Virus record (IMG/VR): IMGVR_UViG_3300030329_003010
Strand: one strand, 5' to 3'
Origin: an uncultured virus (IMG/VR IMGVR_UViG_3300030329_003010)
Lineage: Duplodnaviria > Heunggongvirae > Uroviricota > Caudoviricetes
Length of the DNA: 20,000 bases
Shown here: positions 15,957-20,000 of the stretch, piece after piece
How positions within the stretch are numbered: position 1 is the stretch's first letter
Layout: every line of letters starts with the position of its first letter
The notes under the pieces: generated by a model
Databases searched by the model: none
The model's input: the letters and a program-made list of their open reading frames with translations, nothing else
Told to the model about the DNA's origin: nothing
Position numbers and translations under genes: made by a program

Positions 15957-16130
15957 ATGAGCGAACAACACGACGCACACGTTAGAACATGGAAGCAATT
16001 TTGGAATGAATACTTCAATAATATGATGGATGAAGAAATATCAGAAGAAGAAGAAAGGAAAATGATGGAAGCAGACCTAGCATTAGACCGCCACCTACAA
16101 AGAATAGAAGATTCTTACGGAGAGTATTGA
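15957..16130 (+). CDS. Small acidic protein, 57 aa
   Basis: Start re-assigned to MSEQHD, 29 nt from a TATA start. Confidence 0.8.
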   Translation: MSEQHDAHVRTWKQFWNEYFNNMMDEEISEEEERKMMEADLALDRHLQRIEDSYGEY

Positions 16131-16131
16131 A

Positions 16132-16323
16132 ATGAGCAAACCATTGTTTTTTGTAACCCCCAACGCACCTAAAGGTCGGGCCTGTATTTGGACAGACAAA
16201 GCCCAACGCACTAGAGACGCACAAATCAAGGCACTAATCCCATTGGCCCATAATGGCAACGTAGAGGCCATGCAAGCCCTTCGACTTGTCCTTTGGACTA
16301 ATGTAGTAGCGGGTGCAGTTTAA
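16132..16323 (+). CDS. Hypothetical protein, 63 aa
   Basis: GGAG SD; coupled to the upstream gene. Confidence 0.75.
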   Translation: MSKPLFFVTPNAPKGRACIWTDKAQRTRDAQIKALIPLAHNGNVEAMQALRLVLWTNVVAGAV

Positions 16324-16324
16324 G

Positions 16325-16361
16325 TTTTTGTAACCAGAGGATAAATCACGACTATTATATA
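16325..16361 (+). promoter_or_regulatory. Class B promoter
   Basis: TTTTTGTAACC-N18-ATTATATA; the downstream gene has a short leader. Confidence 0.7.
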
Positions 16362-16398
16362 CTGCCTACTACTAGGGTCAATCAAGAAGGGTGCGAAT

Positions 16399-16674
16399 AT
16401 GGATATAGAAGTAAAATATAACGGAAAGAGTTGGGAGCCGAGAGTAACAAAATACAAGGTAGTTATGGGTAACTTTCATGGCCGAATGGATAAACACAAC
16501 GGCCAGTTCGTTCATCTTGATTTGTTTTTGAGTCTTGGGGAACAAGATTTGCAGGTTTATTATGGAAATATAGTCGCTAATAACAACAAAGAATTGAAGG
16601 AAATAATCGAGGAAAAGATAAGCGAGTTCAAGCCTTTTGTAACTAAGTTATATGAGTTTATGATGAACTTGTGA
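16399..16674 (+). CDS. Hypothetical protein, 91 aa
   Basis: Own TATA box at 16354; AGGGTG SD. Confidence 0.8.
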   Translation: MDIEVKYNGKSWEPRVTKYKVVMGNFHGRMDKHNGQFVHLDLFLSLGEQDLQVYYGNIVANNNKELKEIIEEKISEFKPFVTKLYEFMMNL

Positions 16675-16882
16675 TTTTGTAACCGGCGTTTTTGTAACCC
16701 TCTTTGTAACCGGTGTTTTTGTAACTCGTTTTCTTTTTTTTGTTTTTGTAACCCATGTTTTGTTAATCCTTGTGGGTACAAAAACATTTTTGTTTTTGTA
16801 ACCCTAGTTATTTTTTTGCTCGCGCAACGGTTACAAAAGCGTTGTTGGGTTACAAAAACAATATTATTGGGTAATCGTTGGG

Positions 16883-16911
16883 TTTATATACGAACACCCT
16901 ATCCGACAAAC
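16883..16911 (+). promoter_or_regulatory. TATA promoter, leaderless
   Basis: TTTATATA with ATG at +29; shares CACCCTATCCGACAAA with the 14807 promoter. Confidence 0.8.
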
Positions 16912-17097
16912 ATGAACGTACGACTATCGAACGACAAAGGAATGACTGTCCATTACATCAAGGCCCGAAGGTTGCTTATCAGAACCAATAACGGCGTACG
17001 AGATGTGACGACATTAGACGACCAACAAGCCCACGCTTTTGAAACCTTAGTGCTTCAAAACCGCTTCAAGGGCTGCACTATTGAGGTATTAGCATGA
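16912..17097 (+). CDS. Hypothetical protein, 61 aa
   Basis: Start re-assigned to MNVRLS, 29 nt after TTTATATA. Confidence 0.8.
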   Translation: MNVRLSNDKGMTVHYIKARRLLIRTNNGVRDVTTLDDQQAHAFETLVLQNRFKGCTIEVLA

Positions 17098-17522
17098 ACG
17101 AAAGAGCATACCACACGAATGAAATTATTGACTTGACCATTGAAAACGGCGGAGGCACTTGGCTAAGAGTAGGCATGGGTGTTTTTGTAACCCCGAATTC
17201 TAATGATAGGTATGTCTTAGCCGCTTATGATGGCGACGGCTTAGTTATCCCTAATTTCATGAGTCAACCAATTGATTTTGTAACCCAACTTGTTGATTGG
17301 TTTGCATCACAACAAAACAGCCGAATATACACAAACAGTGGTTTTTGTAACCAAGTTGTAAACGCTCATTTTGGAACTTGGGTTCGTGGTGATGATTTAG
17401 TGCTTGATATTGTGGAACTAGAAAATGATTTTGTAACCGCGATGGAAAAAGCGAGAGAGCGAAATCAAAATGCAATCTTTGACCTAGTAGAGATGAAAGA
17501 GGTTTTTGTAACCGAGGAGTAA
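17094..17522 (+). CDS. Conserved viral protein with G.W......LD...A...A...NQ.AIFDL motif, 142 aa
   Basis: GAGGT SD; ATGA overlap; contains five TTTTGTAACC copies. Confidence 0.8.
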   Translation: MNERAYHTNEIIDLTIENGGGTWLRVGMGVFVTPNSNDRYVLAAYDGDGLVIPNFMSQPIDFVTQLVDWFASQQNSRIYTNSGFCNQVVNAHFGTWVRGDDLVLDIVELENDFVTAMEKARERNQNAIFDLVEMKEVFVTEE

Positions 17523-17624
17523 ATGCTTTTGTAACCGAGGTTTTTGTAACCTCTCTCTCTTTGTTTTTGTAACCAAGAGATTTGTGTTTTTGTAACCCGT
17601 TTGTTTTTGTAACTTAACGTCGTG

Positions 17625-17700
17625 GCCACAAAAACAAAATTGTTTTTGTAACCTAAACGATAATCGCTACCTTTATATACGCACACCCTATCCCGTAAAC
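17625..17700 (+). promoter_or_regulatory. Class B promoter
   Basis: GGCCACAAAAACAAAATTGTTTTTGTAACC-N18-TTTATATA; ATG at +29. Confidence 0.8.
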
Positions 17701-17829
17701 ATGAACTACACAGATAACGAATACGGTTTCCATTGTGGAAACCCTGTATGTACACGAAATTGTTTTGCTTGTGCGAACCGCTTGACCATAATATATGGCC
17801 AATGGGTCGAAGTACCGGAGTTGATTTAA
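17701..17829 (+). CDS. Cys-rich micro-protein, 42 aa (not in ORF track)
   Basis: MNYTDNEYGFHCGNPVCTRNCFAC...; ATG 29 nt after TTTATATA. Confidence 0.75.
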   Translation: MNYTDNEYGFHCGNPVCTRNCFACANRLTIIYGQWVEVPELI

Positions 17830-17831
17830 AC

Positions 17832-18032
17832 ATGAACAACAGACAACGATTGATAAATGAATTAAAGAAAGCAGACGGTAAAGCGTTTGATACCTTAAGA
17901 AAAGAATTCAAAGAGGCGAATAATGAACAAATGGTCGGCTTTATGGATTGGATGGAGCGCACTCAAGGCAAAGGTTACGCGGTGGCCATACTTGAAGAAC
18001 TTGGGTATTTTGTAACGGAGGCGATTGAATGA
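17832..18032 (+). CDS. Hypothetical protein, 66 aa
   Basis: Start re-assigned to MNNRQR, with GGAG SD. Confidence 0.8.
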   Translation: MNNRQRLINELKKADGKAFDTLRKEFKEANNEQMVGFMDWMERTQGKGYAVAILEELGYFVTEAIE

Positions 18033-18184
18033 AACACTCAAGGTTAATGGCTACATTGTTACATGAGTTTTTTGTAACCCTTGAAGATGATAACCCTCTC
18101 AAAGATTATATCACATTTCATGTTGAAGTATTTGGTATTGAATCGGCAGTTCTATTTTTACGAGAACGAGGATATGATGTTTGA
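18029..18184 (+). CDS. Hypothetical protein, 51 aa (MKHSRLMATLLHEFFVTL...; not in ORF track)
   Basis: GGAGG SD; ATGA overlap; stop followed directly by the repeat motif. Confidence 0.7.
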   Translation: MKHSRLMATLLHEFFVTLEDDNPLKDYITFHVEVFGIESAVLFLRERGYDV

Positions 18185-18569
18185 GTTTTTGTAACCGCTT
18201 TTGTAACCGGAGAGCGGAACAATCTCTCTTTGTTTTTGTAACCCAAGGGGGTTCCCTTGTTTTTGTAACTCTCTTTTCCCCCTTCTTTTTTTCTCTCTCT
18301 CTTTGTTTTTGTAACCGAGCGGTCCCTTTGTTTTTGTAACCCTCTCTTTTTCTCTCTCTCTCTTAATGTGTATGTGTTTTTGTAACCCATGTTTTTGTAA
18401 CCCAAGTTACAAAACAAAATTAATAACTCAACCTTGAAAAATTAATAATGTGTTTTTGTAACCCAATTTCAAAAAATCAAGGGGTTGAATAATTGGGTCC
18501 GATGGGTCCGAAAAATGGCCCCGAAACGTGAAAAAAAGGCCGTTTTTGTAACCAAGTTGATATAGAGTC

Positions 18570-18586
18570 ACCCCCTCGGAGGGGGT
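18570..18586. promoter_or_regulatory. Palindromic operator-like site just upstream of the 366-aa gene
   Basis: ACCCCCTC-G-GAGGGGGT, ending 2 nt before the ATG. Confidence 0.55.
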
Positions 18587-18588
18587 AC

Positions 18589-19689
18589 ATGTCTACGACA
18601 TTGAACACACAGAAGAACGGGGAACAGGCGAGCAGCCTATTGATTAAATTGCTCGCTTGGTTTATCGGAACTTTGCCCAAATCGGGTCAAGTACTGATAT
18701 TGAACGCACTAGGTAAGGACACAAACAAGAACACCGACACCTATGATGAGTTGATGAGGGTTCTATACCTTGAACTCAAGAATAATACGAAGTGGATTAT
18801 GAAAAAGGACATCGGGAATACTGAAACATGGTTTCATCAATTCCCCAATGCCTTCAATTATCTACCATTCGTTGAAGTCACTCGTCGTCATATGGTCCGT
18901 GTTTCGGGCTATGTTACAGGTCGTTCAAAGCAGGTCGAAACCGAGACACGCAGAGACAAAAACGGGGCAGAACTTCAAGACGGTTTGCGCCACTTTTGCG
19001 CTAATTGTGGATGGCTTTCATACATGGGATTGAATGCCGATGGGGTCCGCTATTGTTGCGGTTCCGTTGCTGAATTAATGACCCGTGACGTTGCCGTATC
19101 AGACCGATATGAGCCGGTTATTCGCATCCCTTGGCTTGTTGGTGCTACTTTGATTGATTGGAGTGTAAACCTAACAACATTGGGCGGCGACCCTGTGGGA
19201 GCAGTTATGCGAATTATGGACACCGTGAGGGTATGGAATCATGATGATATGATGACTTCAACACCTAAAAGACACCCGAATCATGGACCGGATAACGCAC
19301 AACCCCACAAGGACAAAAACAAGCGCATCAAGGCCTTATTATGCCGAATTCCTGTGTTGAATGATATGGGTCAAACTGTGCCTATGTGGGTCAATTTACC
19401 GGCTATCAAGGGCGATATATTCCACCCAGTAGCACGAAGTTATCATGGATTAATTGATTCACAATTGAAGCGAATCGTTCAATATAACGAGATGCTAATG
19501 AGTCGCAGTCATTTGATTTCGATACTATCCGAGCAGACAAAAAGCCTCAAGGTTTCAAAGTTGGTTGATATTCCACAAGAAGTTCAAAACCACCTAAACC
19601 GTTACCCCAAGGCCCGAAACATCGACTTGAATGCAGTCGCTAGAGTTGAAGAAAAGAGGAGGAACAGACTGGTTGAAACCATATCTTGA
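18589..19689 (+). CDS. Hypothetical protein, 366 aa, with an internal Zn-ribbon (CANC...CC)
   Basis: Longest ORF in the window; palindrome just upstream and strong hairpins just downstream. Confidence 0.85.
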   Translation: MSTTLNTQKNGEQASSLLIKLLAWFIGTLPKSGQVLILNALGKDTNKNTDTYDELMRVLYLELKNNTKWIMKKDIGNTETWFHQFPNAFNYLPFVEVTRRHMVRVSGYVTGRSKQVETETRRDKNGAELQDGLRHFCANCGWLSYMGLNADGVRYCCGSVAELMTRDVAVSDRYEPVIRIPWLVGATLIDWSVNLTTLGGDPVGAVMRIMDTVRVWNHDDMMTSTPKRHPNHGPDNAQPHKDKNKRIKALLCRIPVLNDMGQTVPMWVNLPAIKGDIFHPVARSYHGLIDSQLKRIVQYNEMLMSRSHLISILSEQTKSLKVSKLVDIPQEVQNHLNRYPKARNIDLNAVARVEEKRRNRLVETIS

Positions 19690-19757
19690 GGGCTTCGGCC
19701 CTCCCCTTTCGGGGGTCAGTCTAGCGTTTCGGCGCTAGATTGGCCCCCTTTTTTTTA
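19688..19757 (+). terminator. Tandem hairpins followed by a T-tract
   Basis: GAGGGC-TTCG-GCCCTC, then a 16-bp stem (19711-19726/19733-19748, two G-U pairs), then T8. Confidence 0.75.
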
Positions 19758-20000
19758 TTTTTCAATCTCGATTGAAAATATTGACCATGACCCACGCTCA
19801 AAATTGCCGTTTCCTGTGCGTATAGATACCCTAGAATGCACGCAAACCCCTTCAAGCACAATATATACTACTGACCCCCTAAAGTGCGTTAAAACGCGTT
19901 CTAAGGGCATTTTTAGGCCTATTGCTCTCAGTGTAACGATTTTCTCTTTGTAATATATTCAACGCCAAAAATTAACAAAAATGCCCGTAGCCGTCTAGCC

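Larger units (their letters stand above)
9610..18553. repeat. Dispersed and clustered TTTTGTAAC(C) repeat field
   Basis: About 80 forward and about 14 reverse copies by hand count; dense clusters at 10067-10536, 12354-13172, 14086-14758, 15287-15400, 16675-16860, 17503-17653 and 18186-18553. Confidence 0.95.

Noticed and set aside
16308..16320. TAGCGGGTGCAG as an eleventh class A promoter
   Set aside because: Only half the motif matches and there is no TATA box at the 10-bp spacing.
17094..17522. SAM-lyase (anti-restriction) assignment
   Set aside because: Only a vague G.W...Q.AI resemblance; it cannot be supported without a structure or HMM search.
19855..19900. TATA-like AATATATA promoter near the right end (also 13053-13060 and 14243-14251 on the minus strand)
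   Set aside because: No ATG at +29 and no clear downstream unit; these could be chance matches in AT-rich DNA.
1..20000. tRNA, rRNA, integrase, transposase or virion structural genes
   Set aside because: None is recognisable; the viral assignment rests on gene architecture and accessory families only.

Overview
This window looks like part of a virus infecting an archaeon, most likely its early or accessory region. No capsid, terminase or replication hallmark gene is present. The host inference rests on TATA/BRE promoters, leaderless genes, GGTGA/GGAGG Shine-Dalgarno (SD) sites, many CxxC micro-proteins and DUF3860-like winged-helix proteins; a marine Thermoplasmatota (e.g. Poseidoniales) host is plausible but unproven. 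The layout is a tightly coupled minus-strand block of about 40 small genes (1-12286), a ~900 bp gene-free divergence zone (12340-13236), and a plus-strand block of separately promoted genes (13237-19689). Recognisable products are few: a pyrimidine-dimer glycosylase/DenV-like protein, a DUF1599/Nmad1 protein, two winged-helix proteins and a papain-fold candidate. The main signals are non-coding. (1) Ten copies of a fixed-geometry promoter, CCTTACRAACCCGC-N10-TATA, eight with an ATG exactly 29 nt from the TATA start. (2) About 95 hand-counted copies of TTTTGTAAC(C), concentrated in 9.6-18.55 kb. They sit at fixed distance from TATA boxes, directly after stop codons, and inside genes, where they are always on the sense strand and mostly read Phe-Val-Thr. 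(3) A 27-bp direct repeat bracketing the minus-strand block. (4) Candidate small RNAs.
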